Below, one piece after another: positions 19,430 to 28,262 of a stretch of 55,239 nucleotides of DNA (positions are counted from its first letter, which is position 1; each line of letters begins with the position of its first letter). The notes under the pieces are model-generated. The model ran no database searches. It was not told the origin of the DNA and saw only the letters and a list, made by a program, of their open reading frames with translations. The position numbers and the translations under genes were made by a program. Origin of the DNA: a virus (taxonomy: Duplodnaviria; Caudoviricetes); the IMG/VR virus record IMGVR_UViG_3300045109_000002, positions 1 through 55,239 of that record. The stretch is one strand, 5' to 3'.

Positions 19430-19872
19430 CGTTCGCGCTCATGAGGGCAGTAACCAAGAATTCCACGAGCACAATTGCAATTGAAACACAGACAACGGAA
19501 CTCATCTTGTGGATACCCGTGCCGCTCTAACCAGCGGTAGAGCGTCCACCCTGTAATATGCCTCTTATGGGTAGCATCTTTACGACCATTCACATGGTCG
19601 ATGGTGAGGAACCATTTGCCAGTCTCACCACAACATTTACACCTGTACCCATATGCCGCAAACACCCGGTCCCTCAGAGCTTCGTGCCAAGCCTTTTGCC
19701 TCCGCTGAACTTTTTTTGCATTTTTGGCATACCACTTACGTTGGTACACTTTTAGCTTTTCAGGGTGGGCTTTATGCCAAGCTGTATTGCGCGCAAGAAT
19801 CGTTTTGCGGTGTGCCACGTCAGTGTGGTACTTCACACGTTTGCGTTGTGCGTACTCTGCGGACTTGTCCAT
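19426..19872 (-). CDS. Free-standing HNH homing endonuclease
   Basis: YGYRCKCCGE...LTIDHVNG...CLCFNCN; lower GC than neighbours. Confidence 0.85.
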   Translation of the reverse strand: MDKSAEYAQRKRVKYHTDVAHRKTILARNTAWHKAHPEKLKVYQRKWYAKNAKKVQRRQKAWHEALRDRVFAAYGYRCKCCGETGKWFLTIDHVNGRKDATHKRHITGWTLYRWLERHGYPQDEFRCLCFNCNCARGILGYCPHERER

Positions 19873-21575
19873 CAGCGCGGCCTTTTCAGTTTCGTCAAAG
19901 CGGACAACTGCATTTGTTGCTCTTGGACCTCACTTATTTCTTGGTGACCAGGAATGTCTAGCATCTCCAGCGCATATTTCAATGGCAGATGGCCCTTGTC
20001 CAGCAGGGCCAGGACCAATCGCCGCATGCTCGAAGCGCTGATGGCTTGGGTTGATGCGGGGTCCAGGTAGATGTCGTAGTCATCGTAGATGGTGGCTATC
20101 GAGGACCAGGTGATGAGGTCACTGCCGCCTTTGTTGTCGAACTTCGGGAAGCGGTAATCGTCGTAGTAGCGGGCCATGGTGTAGAAGACCATCTCCGAGA
20201 GGTCTTGTACGGACTCGCTCAGGATGCGCATGCGCAGGCGGGTCATGCGCGAGGATTCGCTGGCGGTGTAGTCGGCCAGGTCGGCAGAGGTGTTGCCTTG
20301 TCCTTGCTGGCCGCCACGGGCGCCTTGCATGCCCAGGAGTTCTTTTTGCTTGGTGAGCAACATTTCGGGCAGCGCGGTCATGTGTTGCGGCATGGCGTTG
20401 GGCCACTTTACTTCTGGAAATTGACTGCCTCGGTTGATTACGCGGATTTCAGCAGGGATGCCCCCGAAGTCGTCAGCCGAGATGCCGGTGTCTTCGTGAA
20501 TGAACCAGATACCGTTGTTCAGGCGGACAGCGTTCTCGAAGGTTTGTGTGAGCATGCGCTCAGCCAGGAACTGCAAGCCGCGAGTATAGCGGATGCCCGG
20601 CGGCGCCCAAAAGCTGCCCAGAGAAGGCATGCCATGAAAAGGCACAATAGGAAAACGGCCCATGGGATAAGGGTTCTCACCGTCGGCAAGCAGTACCTCC
20701 TCGCAGTCGATCAGGTAGCGGCCGTTGGGCCACTTGGGTTTGTGCTTTGGAGGCGTTACGAGCGGGCCGAGTTGTTCGGCCATGCGTTCTCGTTCTTCTT
20801 TGGAGATTTCCTCGGTGGTGAAGTCGCGGATGAAGGTGTGACGGACGGTGACAAGAGGGTTCGGTTCGGGCTGGCGGTTGCCGCCATAGGCGGAGGCGTA
20901 GCGCATTGCGCCGGGGGTCATTCGGAAGCTGGGTGAGACCTCAGAGGTCCCTATCGAGAAGGTGGAACCTTTGCGGGGGCGGACGGACCAACCACGCTCG
21001 GGCCAGCGCTTGCGTACTTCGTCGATGTACATGATGTCGACGTATTGGACGTAGAGCCACTTTTTCGGGTCGCGGCTGGCAGGGTCGGGATAGACAGTGT
21101 CGGGGTCGCGCGATTCTATCCAGACTTCACCACGGCCTCGGCGGGCGTCCGGGTCGAAGCCTACTTGTGCGAAGCCGGTGCCTGCGAACAAGGCCCAGAT
21201 GTCTATTTCCATCAGGCGGTTGTTGAAGTGCATTTGCTTCCAATGTTCTTGGAAGGCGGTTTCGCGAGGTGCGTCACGCTTGCCGTCCTTGAGCAGGAAG
21301 ATGCGTGGTGAGGCGTCGCTGATGTCCGTGGCTTCGTTCAGCAAGGCGATTTGCAGGTCGGGGATTTGGATGCGCGGGCGGAAGTTGGGGCTGGTCCAGG
21401 CTTGCGTGGCAGAGTCCATGGCGAAGAAGCGGCGCAGGTCGCCGAAGAATCCTGTGCCGAGTTGTTTGTCACGCTCCTCTTGGGAGAGGCGCGTCAGTTC
21501 GTCGAGCTGGCGGATGATGACGAGGTCGGGGTTTTCTTCGGCGGTCTTGCGCCTGACGAAGGTGGTAACGGCCAT
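19872..21575 (-). CDS. Portal protein
   Basis: 567 aa between TerL and scaffold; GTGFAQVGFD, DPDTVYPDP and FPIVPF patterns typical of P22-like portals. Confidence 0.82.
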   Translation of the reverse strand: MAVTTFVRRKTAEENPDLVIIRQLDELTRLSQEERDKQLGTGFFGDLRRFFAMDSATQAWTSPNFRPRIQIPDLQIALLNEATDISDASPRIFLLKDGKRDAPRETAFQEHWKQMHFNNRLMEIDIWALFAGTGFAQVGFDPDARRGRGEVWIESRDPDTVYPDPASRDPKKWLYVQYVDIMYIDEVRKRWPERGWSVRPRKGSTFSIGTSEVSPSFRMTPGAMRYASAYGGNRQPEPNPLVTVRHTFIRDFTTEEISKEERERMAEQLGPLVTPPKHKPKWPNGRYLIDCEEVLLADGENPYPMGRFPIVPFHGMPSLGSFWAPPGIRYTRGLQFLAERMLTQTFENAVRLNNGIWFIHEDTGISADDFGGIPAEIRVINRGSQFPEVKWPNAMPQHMTALPEMLLTKQKELLGMQGARGGQQGQGNTSADLADYTASESSRMTRLRMRILSESVQDLSEMVFYTMARYYDDYRFPKFDNKGGSDLITWSSIATIYDDYDIYLDPASTQAISASSMRRLVLALLDKGHLPLKYALEMLDIPGHQEISEVQEQQMQLSALTKLKRPR

Positions 21576-22021
21576 TAGTTAACCTTCTTCGGCAGAGGTG
21601 CTTTGTCGGGGCTGTCTAGGAACTTGCGGAACACTTCGAGAGGTTCTTCGGTGGTGGTGCCGGTGTCGGACTTGATGAAGGATTCGATGTCGATGCTGAG
21701 GCCGATGAAGTCCTTTAGGGTGACCGTCGAAGGGACGAGCACGTCGACATGTGCCCACAACTTTTTCTGCAATGAGCCGAACGCGGTGGTGCGAGAACCC
21801 TCGCGTAGACGGTTGAACTCGTCGCCAATTTCCTTCAGGACTGAAGCGGCTCGTTCGCTGGTCTCGGTTGGACTGAGCGCCTGAAGGGCTTCCTCATCAG
21901 CCTCTCTTCCAATGCTGCCAGCTCGTCGTCCGTCTTTATCGAGGAACGAGCTGCTGCGGCTGCTGCGTCCGCGCTCTTGTTCTGGTCTATCCATTGTGCT
22001 GCCTCTGGTCGGACCTGCCAC
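21575..22021 (-). CDS. Hypothetical protein
   Basis: Coupled to the portal by TAATG; start uncertain. Confidence 0.55.
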   Translation of the reverse strand: MAGPTRGSTMDRPEQERGRSSRSSSFLDKDGRRAGSIGREADEEALQALSPTETSERAASVLKEIGDEFNRLREGSRTTAFGSLQKKLWAHVDVLVPSTVTLKDFIGLSIDIESFIKSDTGTTTEEPLEVFRKFLDSPDKAPLPKKVN

Positions 22022-22210
22022 ACTTCTGTGAAACGGCCACAGGAGCGCAGCACGATGGCGTTGGCGGACGCATCGTAATCTTTCACTAGGTGTTCGTCGT
22101 TGTCAACTGAATCTATTGTGCTACAGGGGATGCTGAGAGAGCCACCGGCGGCCTTGACGGCGGCGAGCAGAAGGCGGCCCAGGTAGGCATCGAGCGGAGC
22201 GCGTCCCCGG

Positions 22211-22384
22211 TCATGGGCTGGAATGGCGGTCCTCCTTTGGTGGTGAGGGTGGTAAGGGTTGACAGTTGATGCAGCGCCATTGTTTTTGTGGTTCGTCGTG
22301 GGTAACGAGGTACATGTCGCTGTGGCAGTGGATGCATTGGGGTGCCGAGGATGGTGCGGGGGATGCGGGCCAAGCTAAGGTCAT
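22211..22384 (-). CDS. Small zinc-ribbon protein
   Basis: ATGA overlap with the TerL stop; CIHC...WRCINC. Confidence 0.5.
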   Translation of the reverse strand: MTLAWPASPAPSSAPQCIHCHSDMYLVTHDEPQKQWRCINCQPLPPSPPKEDRHSSP

Positions 22385-24126
22385 ATACCTTCCAGTCCTG
22401 ACGGGCGGCCGGAGCGGGAACGCATGGCTCGCATCGTCAATTGATAGTGGCGGCGCAGGCTCAGTTCGACAGGTTCTTGCGGGCGAATGCCCATGGCGCC
22501 GAGCGGGGAGTAGGCGGCACTGTCGTCGATGTCGGGTTTGCGGGAACGGTTGGTGACGCGTGGCGGGGGCCATTGGGACATGGCGATGACACCCAGCATA
22601 GCGGCGAATAGGATGTCGTCGTTGCCGCGTTCGACTTCCCACATGAAGCCTTCATAAAAAGTGGCATTGTCCATCTGTTGCACGAGGGCATCGTCGTAGA
22701 TCGCTAGACCTCCTTCTTCGTTGCGCATGCCTGAGCGGACCCCGGCCCTGAAGGTGTCGAATAGTTTGCGGCGTGAGGCGGATGTGGTTTCCCAGCCGAT
22801 CAAGGGGAGGCCGGTGCGCGCGCCAGGCTTGCGGTCGTCTTTACCTTTCCAGATATAGAAGTTATTGTAACGGTAATCATCGCGCAGCACTTTCAAGGCG
22901 TGACGGCCCAGGTTGCCGGTCAGTTCGATGTTTACCATCGCTTTGTTGTAGTACTGGCCGATGAGGTTGAGTTGGTCGGCTAGGTGCTCAGGGTGGATGC
23001 GGTCGGCGTAGCGGGCTACTTGTTCGCCAGTGGTGCCGTCGAAGACTACGTAAGCGGCAAAGTCGCCGTCTTCGATACCGGTGGCGGCGTCGGCTCCTAC
23101 GTAGTAGTAGTGGCGCAGCTCAGGGGGGCGCCATATGTGGAGCAGGCCGTTCCTGACTTCCTCGAAGGTGACACGGTTTAGAGCGGGGTCCCAGCGGACT
23201 CGCCCACGCTTGAGGGGCTTCTCGCAGGTCGAGCGAACGTAGATGATTTCTTCGCGGGGGAAGGCCGGGTCGCCTGAAGCGACGAAGGCTACTTCGGGAG
23301 TGTGTGGATATTCCTGCATCATTTTCGGCAGCAGACCTTGGCACTTGTCCTCTAGTGTGCGGCGGAACCAGGCAATTTGTGGTTTGGTGGCGTGGAAGTC
23401 GCGCATGAGTTCCCGTTCGATGTCGCTTGCAGGAGCGTCGGCGGCTTCGTCGGCGGGTCGGATACAGGCGGGGTCGTCGAGCCAGGGGAGAAAGATGGGG
23501 ACGTAGCCGTTCTTGCCAGCGACTGCGCTATTCCAGAAGTCATAAAACGCTTTACCAGGGCCGACACGGCCGTTTGCAGTTGATTCAATCGCGACAAAGG
23601 TGTCGTCGCCGTCTGACACAGCAGGCAGCAGCGACAAGAAGGAGTCTTCCCCAGGGAAGAAAGCGGCTTCGGACAGGTGCACAAATGATAGCGTAAGGCC
23701 ACGTCCGCCGATGACAGAACCTGCTGTTGAAATGTCAAGGATAGAATCGCCGTCGGGGTGCGGGACGATGATGCGCCGGGTGCGGACATCTACGACTGTA
23801 TTACCATAAGGGAGGCCGGAAACCAAGTCGCGCGGGACGCGGAAGAGGCCCTCGGCGGTGGACTGGAGGTGGGCGACGATTTTGGCGTGGGCCTGAGGGC
23901 GGGCGAGGCAGTGGAGAAGGCCGAGAGAGTCCATCAGTGAGGACATGCCCACGCGTCGAGCTTTGAGGATGATGGTGCGGCACATGCCGATGTCATCGTA
24001 TTGTTCTTCCAGCATGCGCATGGATTTTTGCTGGTTGGCGTTCAGTTTGAACCTGATTGTTCTACCCGTGTCACGGTCTTTGATGGGCAGCTTGGCGAGT
24101 AGTGTTATAGCATTCGTGAGGTTCAC
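22381..24126 (-). CDS. terL: Terminase large subunit
   Basis: Walker A ILKARRVGMS, Walker B VHLSEAAF, coupling motif ESTANG, RNase H-like nuclease residues YVGADAATG and NDDILFA. Confidence 0.95.
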   Translation of the reverse strand: MNLTNAITLLAKLPIKDRDTGRTIRFKLNANQQKSMRMLEEQYDDIGMCRTIILKARRVGMSSLMDSLGLLHCLARPQAHAKIVAHLQSTAEGLFRVPRDLVSGLPYGNTVVDVRTRRIIVPHPDGDSILDISTAGSVIGGRGLTLSFVHLSEAAFFPGEDSFLSLLPAVSDGDDTFVAIESTANGRVGPGKAFYDFWNSAVAGKNGYVPIFLPWLDDPACIRPADEAADAPASDIERELMRDFHATKPQIAWFRRTLEDKCQGLLPKMMQEYPHTPEVAFVASGDPAFPREEIIYVRSTCEKPLKRGRVRWDPALNRVTFEEVRNGLLHIWRPPELRHYYYVGADAATGIEDGDFAAYVVFDGTTGEQVARYADRIHPEHLADQLNLIGQYYNKAMVNIELTGNLGRHALKVLRDDYRYNNFYIWKGKDDRKPGARTGLPLIGWETTSASRRKLFDTFRAGVRSGMRNEEGGLAIYDDALVQQMDNATFYEGFMWEVERGNDDILFAAMLGVIAMSQWPPPRVTNRSRKPDIDDSAAYSPLGAMGIRPQEPVELSLRRHYQLTMRAMRSRSGRPSGLEGI

Positions 24127-24668
24127 GACACACCCTTAGCGCGGTCCATATAGAATTTCACGTTGTTGCTGAAGCGTTCGTGGCAGATTTGCGAGCAGAG
24201 CACGTCGCTGGTGTACATGTTAGTTAAGGGGTCGCGGCGGTCGTTTTTCCATATCCAACGTCCGTCGGGGACGAGTTTGCGGCAGACGATGCAGTGGTAG
24301 ACGTTGCCGATGTGTTCGTCGGCTCGGCGCTGGGTGACGAGGTTGGAGCCGCGTTCGCGGTCGGCGGTGAGGTCCCGGAGGCGTTGCATGGCTTGGTCGA
24401 AGGGGGCGGCGCGCCAGTCGTCGTCGGACCAGACGGTGAAGGTGCTGGCGGGGGTCAATGTCTCATTCGCGAGGTTCTGCGGTTTTGGTTTAGGCGAGCG
24501 GGTTGGCCTTTTTAGCAGGCCAGCTTTGGCCATTTCGCTGCGCTTGACGCGGGCCACATCGAGGCGTTTGCGCAGGACTTCTTTCTGTTCTTCGGTGAGC
24601 GGTGCGCGCTTGGGCTTGACGGCGTCAGCGGCGATGTTTGCGGCGGTGGCGGTGAAGGTGTCGTTCAT
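24123..24668 (-). CDS. Hypothetical protein with C-terminal Zn finger (in the small terminase position)
   Basis: GTGA overlap with TerL; CIVC...LCSQIC. Confidence 0.55.
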   Translation of the reverse strand: MNDTFTATAANIAADAVKPKRAPLTEEQKEVLRKRLDVARVKRSEMAKAGLLKRPTRSPKPKPQNLANETLTPASTFTVWSDDDWRAAPFDQAMQRLRDLTADRERGSNLVTQRRADEHIGNVYHCIVCRKLVPDGRWIWKNDRRDPLTNMYTSDVLCSQICHERFSNNVKFYMDRAKGVS

Positions 24669-24724
24669 GGTTTAGGCCAAGTACTTTGTCGGGCAAAGTC
24701 CAACTCGCGCGAGTGTCGGTGTCG

Positions 24725-24973
24725 TCATGCGGCCCAACCTTTGCGTGGGGCGTAGAAGATTTTCTTGTCGCGAGGGGTCATAGCGAGTTCTTTGCGGCGT
24801 TTTAGTTCCAGTTCCCATTGAGCACGGCCTTTGCCGACCGGCTTGGTGACCACATAACCACAGCGGCAGGTGCGGCAGCCAAATTGCCAGTGGTCGCCTG
24901 AGTCGCTGAGAATCACCGGGTCGTTGCGTTCGCAGGTGCCCCTTTTATAATTTGGGCAGCGGGGTGGTTCCAT
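24725..24973 (-). CDS. Small zinc-ribbon protein
   Basis: CPN...C and CRTC motifs. Confidence 0.55.
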   Translation of the reverse strand: MEPPRCPNYKRGTCERNDPVILSDSGDHWQFGCRTCRCGYVVTKPVGKGRAQWELELKRRKELAMTPRDKKIFYAPRKGWAA

Positions 24974-24980
24974 GGTGCGA

Positions 24981-25010
24981 AAGGTACTCCCTTCTCTATA
25001 TGCCTGTCAA
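24981..25010 (-). promoter_or_regulatory. sigma70-like promoter, possibly leaderless
   Basis: TTGACA-N18-TACCTT with the ATG 7 nt downstream. Confidence 0.45.
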
Positions 25011-25427
25011 GTTTCCTTGCGAGGCGCGGGCCTTGGTGGTGCGCGGAGTGAAGCCGGTGCGGTCCATGGGATTGCGAATGTGCTTCGAGGGGTCAAGCAC
25101 CATGAGGGCGTTATGACGTTTCTGGTGGTGGTCCCAACGTCGGTGAGTCATGCGGCAGTTCAGAATCCAATCGACCACGTTGCCGACCAGTGAAGCATAC
25201 TTGCCTTGTGATGGGCCGTGGCCGTGTTCATGCCAGTATTTGTTGATTAGGTAGTTCAAGCGAGCTTGCGCTTCAGGGTGCCACTTCTCTGGGAACTGGC
25301 GCCATAAAGGTTTGCCGGTGCGCTGGCGACCGCCGCCTTTGGCCCTTTGCCAACCACGCTTGTGAGAGCGGACTTCAGCGAGGTAACGTTCAGCAGCTTC
25401 GACTTTTTCCCTTGACGGGGTAAACAT
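24996..25427 (-). CDS. Basic hypothetical protein, first gene of the late arm
   Basis: 143-aa ORF directly after a promoter. Confidence 0.6.
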   Translation of the reverse strand: MFTPSREKVEAAERYLAEVRSHKRGWQRAKGGGRQRTGKPLWRQFPEKWHPEAQARLNYLINKYWHEHGHGPSQGKYASLVGNVVDWILNCRMTHRRWDHHQKRHNALMVLDPSKHIRNPMDRTGFTPRTTKARASQGNLTGI

Positions 25428-25463
25428 GCGGGCATACTATCTCGCAAAGCAGGAGGTTGTCAA
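25412..25463. promoter_or_regulatory. Overlapping divergent sigma70-like promoters
   Basis: Plus strand: TTGACG(25412)-N17-TACTAT. Minus strand: TTGACA(25463)-N18-TAGTAT. The two -10 boxes overlap. Confidence 0.6.
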
Positions 25464-25464
25464 C

Positions 25465-25680
25465 ATGGTTCGCATGGATGAACGGCAACTTCCGCTCATC
25501 AAAGAGGTCATCGACGACCGCATCGCCCTGCGCAAGGCCAAGATGAGCGCTCTAGGTGCCAAGGGCGGGAGGAGCAAAAGTGACCGAAAACTCCGAGCGT
25601 GCCGAGAGAATCTCGCACGCGCTCAAGCAGCGCGATGGCCGGGACGACCCCGAGCAGGGCAGCCCAATAACCAAGGCTGA
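25465..25680 (+). CDS. Small basic protein (LGAKGGRSKS...RENLARA type)
   Basis: AGGAGG RBS; motif common in small phage DNA-binding proteins. Confidence 0.65.
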   Translation: MVRMDERQLPLIKEVIDDRIALRKAKMSALGAKGGRSKSDRKLRACRENLARAQAARWPGRPRAGQPNNQG

Positions 25681-25936
25681 CTATGATGAGATGATGGCCG
25701 ACCGGCCTGAGAAATTCAACGCTAATGAGGTCGGCTATCGCAAAGCACCCCGTGGCTCGGAGTACCGGTGCGAGAATTGTCTGCACTTTTATTCACGTCA
25801 AGTCGACGGCTTTGGTGTGTGCGAGATATTCAGGTCACCTCAAACCGACATCTCCGGGGTGGACCCAAAGTGGTTATGTGACTGGTGGACCCAAGATGGT
25901 GAAAACTTCCCGCTAGTCAGAAAGGAGGCCGAGTGA
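25580..25936 (+). CDS. HiPIP-like four-Cys protein
   Basis: GGAGG RBS and GTG start; VGY...RCENCLHF...CEIF...VDPKWLCDWW. Confidence 0.65.
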   Translation: MTENSERAERISHALKQRDGRDDPEQGSPITKADYDEMMADRPEKFNANEVGYRKAPRGSEYRCENCLHFYSRQVDGFGVCEIFRSPQTDISGVDPKWLCDWWTQDGENFPLVRKEAE

Positions 25937-26438
25937 ATGACACTAAAGGAGTTGGCCCTACTTACAGGGCGAGCTATCTTGTACATTCTAACCTTGATAG
26001 GGACCGTGATCGGACTACTCATGTGGCCCTACATTGAACACCTTCGGGCTAAGTAACGCCACCAACTAAGTAACACCACCTCAACAACTTACGCTTAGCT
26101 AGATATTCCCAGAGAATTTTTACGTAGACCAGGATAGAAAATTCGCCGCAAGCTCGCGTGTGCGTGCGTGGGTCGCGTGTGAGGTGATGGGGTGCCCTGG
26201 TGGGGTGAACGTTTGCGAGAGGGTGTGGTCAGGTGGGCACACTGTGTGGCACATAGTGTGCGTGTACGCGCGGGCGCGCGAGCGGGTAATGAGAGTACTG
26301 AGCGTACTAGCGAAATTGTACTAGTACTCACAAACTTTGGAAAAGGGTTGCACATTTGTGGCACTTTTGTTCCGCAAAGTGGCAAAAGTTTTCGTGGACA
26401 CTTTTTGTTAACTTGCGCGTTTTGAACGACTTGCGTTT

Positions 26439-26454
26439 TGGCATGCGCTTTGCA
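26439..26454 (+). promoter_or_regulatory. sigma54 (-24/-12) promoter
   Basis: TGGCATG-CGCT-TTGCA matches the consensus TGGCACG-N4-TTGCW with exact spacing. Confidence 0.6.
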
Positions 26455-26542
26455 AGAGGCATTTGCGTTCGTGTTTTTCACGGACGGGGAATTTCAGGCA
26501 TGCGGGACAGCCAAGTCGGCGCCCTGACAAAGGAGAATCACC

Positions 26543-26725
26543 ATGGTTTGCGTTATCGACAAAGCGAAGGGTACACTCACAGTGACGATTCCGTTGCAGG
26601 AAGCAAAAGCATCGGCATCTGGAAAGACTCTGGTCATCGCCAGCACTCATGGCAATCAGGCGACGGGCATCAACATGGACGGGCGGCCTGTGATTCTTGG
26701 GCTGAACGCCTATCTGCGTGTCTGA
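26543..26725 (+). CDS. Small early protein (60 aa)
   Basis: AAGGAG RBS; SASGKTLVIASTHGN pattern seen in small conserved beta proteins. Confidence 0.8.
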   Translation: MVCVIDKAKGTLTVTIPLQEAKASASGKTLVIASTHGNQATGINMDGRPVILGLNAYLRV

Positions 26726-26754
26726 AATACCACAGGGTGTGTCCATTCTGCCAC

Positions 26755-26780
26755 AGGGGCAGCCTGCACGGTTGCCCCCT
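26755..26780 (+). terminator. Hairpin (terminator or processing site)
   Basis: GGGGCAGCC/GGTTGCCCC stem with a weak U-tract. Confidence 0.4.
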
Positions 26781-26836
26781 TGATGTTACCTTTTCACCCA
26801 TTCTGTAACCTTTTGAACCATTCGCAAAGCGTGCGA

Positions 26837-27750
26837 GAGCGTGCACGGGAGGGCATGGGCGGTTGACGTGCTTCTCCGCGTGCGCTCCCCTGAGCGGGAC
26901 GCTGGCATGGTTGGGTTGGCTCGATAAGCGGCCCTAGATTGCCAGTGACGTGTAGGGTTAGGTTGGAGCGTCGTGAGGTAACAGAGACTCGTCACTGCCG
27001 GGGTGAGTGCTAGACTTGGCTCACCAGGTGAACGGCCCTAGACAAGCCGTGAGAGTGGCAGACAAGATGGTAGCGGCAACTGTTGTGAGGGTCATGGACG
27101 CGCTTGAATAGCAAGCGCACGACACCATACAAGCCCCTGAGCAGGACTGGACAGGCGGCACCACACAACAAGACCCCCGCGCTAACGGAAACTCGATGGC
27201 TGTGAACAGCCGATGGTATGGTGCTTCGGGGACGCAAAACGTCCCCGTTTGGGAGCATAGCTCCCATGTGTTCAGGTGTGCCCTCTCGGGCGCATTGGCG
27301 AACAAAAGCCCCTACGATGGAGAGTCAATCAGGAAGTGGACCTGTGTCCGTCATCTGTGCGGCCTACTCCCTGTGATGCAGCAGGGCAGGCGACAGACCG
27401 TACACAGCACTCCACATTAGCGTGCGTGTCTGTAGTTGCCAACAAACGAGAGACGCATTGCGGTTCCTGTAGGCCGATAACCCTAGGTGAGCGTTGCTAG
27501 CGGGCGCGCTGTTGAAGGCGCCTGTGAGGCCGTGACCGATGTGTGTCGTGGGTTTGACCTGTAGTTCATGCAACACACGCAGTAACGGGACGCACTCCAT
27601 GGCGGGGTACGCAACACCATACAAGTCTGAGAATGGACATGACCTCATAACTGTCAAGGTTGTGCGAGGACCTGGTGAGTGTGTGCTCTTGTGGCAACCT
27701 GAGCGTACCGATACCGGCGAGCGCAATACAATGGTGTAGAGGCATGGTGT
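26837..27750 (+). ncRNA. Candidate large structured ncRNA, family unknown
   Basis: No credible ORF; many consecutive hairpins and a long-range helix with G-U pairs on the plus strand. Boundaries approximate. Confidence 0.55.
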
Positions 27751-28133
27751 ATATCAGGCGATTTTTGTGGATTGTGTTGTGTGATGAGAGTGCGAGCCGG
27801 GAGCATACAGACACGTATGACTTCTCAACCTGTGTCGTTGGACGCGAGACAGGCGCGACAAGCGTTACGGCTCTCATCCGCAGCATTGATGGCATGTGCC
27901 CCTGTGAGGGTAGGTGTTATGAATGGTGCGCGATTTTGGCTAGATTTTTCAGCAATTTGCGTTTCGGTAGCGGGCTAGGATGTGCTTTGCTGGCAAGGGG
28001 ATGCGTTTTGTGAGGCTTTTGCAGGCTTTTTGGTGCTGAGAGTAGCAAAGCAGAGTTTTGCACAGCGCAAATGGGCTAAACTCATGAGAGTACTGGTACT
28101 GTGTTGAATCTGAACGAAAGGAGGACATCGGTC

Positions 28134-28262
28134 ATGATGTTTAGGACTAGCATACGCAAGTTGGTGCGCCAGTCTGTGGCTCAGGCGCTGGCAGCAGCGA
28201 AGGCGTCGGTGCATCCGAAGATTAGGCGCATCGAAGGGTTTGCACTCGTCAGGACCTTCTGA
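28134..28262 (+). CDS. 42-aa early peptide (not in the ORF track)
   Basis: AAAGGAGG RBS; MMFRTSIRKLVRQSVAQALAAAKASVHPKIRRIEGFALVRTF. Confidence 0.6.
   Translation: MMFRTSIRKLVRQSVAQALAAAKASVHPKIRRIEGFALVRTF

Noticed and set aside
5280-24515. Numerous plus-strand ORFs over the late module
   Set aside because: They are antisense shadows of GC-rich minus-strand genes, with no RBS or motifs.
26880-27750. Group II or group I intron, RNase P or tmRNA identity for the structured region (GTGCG...GGCATGG resembles a group II 5' end)
   Set aside because: I found no domain V, P7 core, RNase P conserved regions or tRNA-like ends, and there is no interrupted gene.
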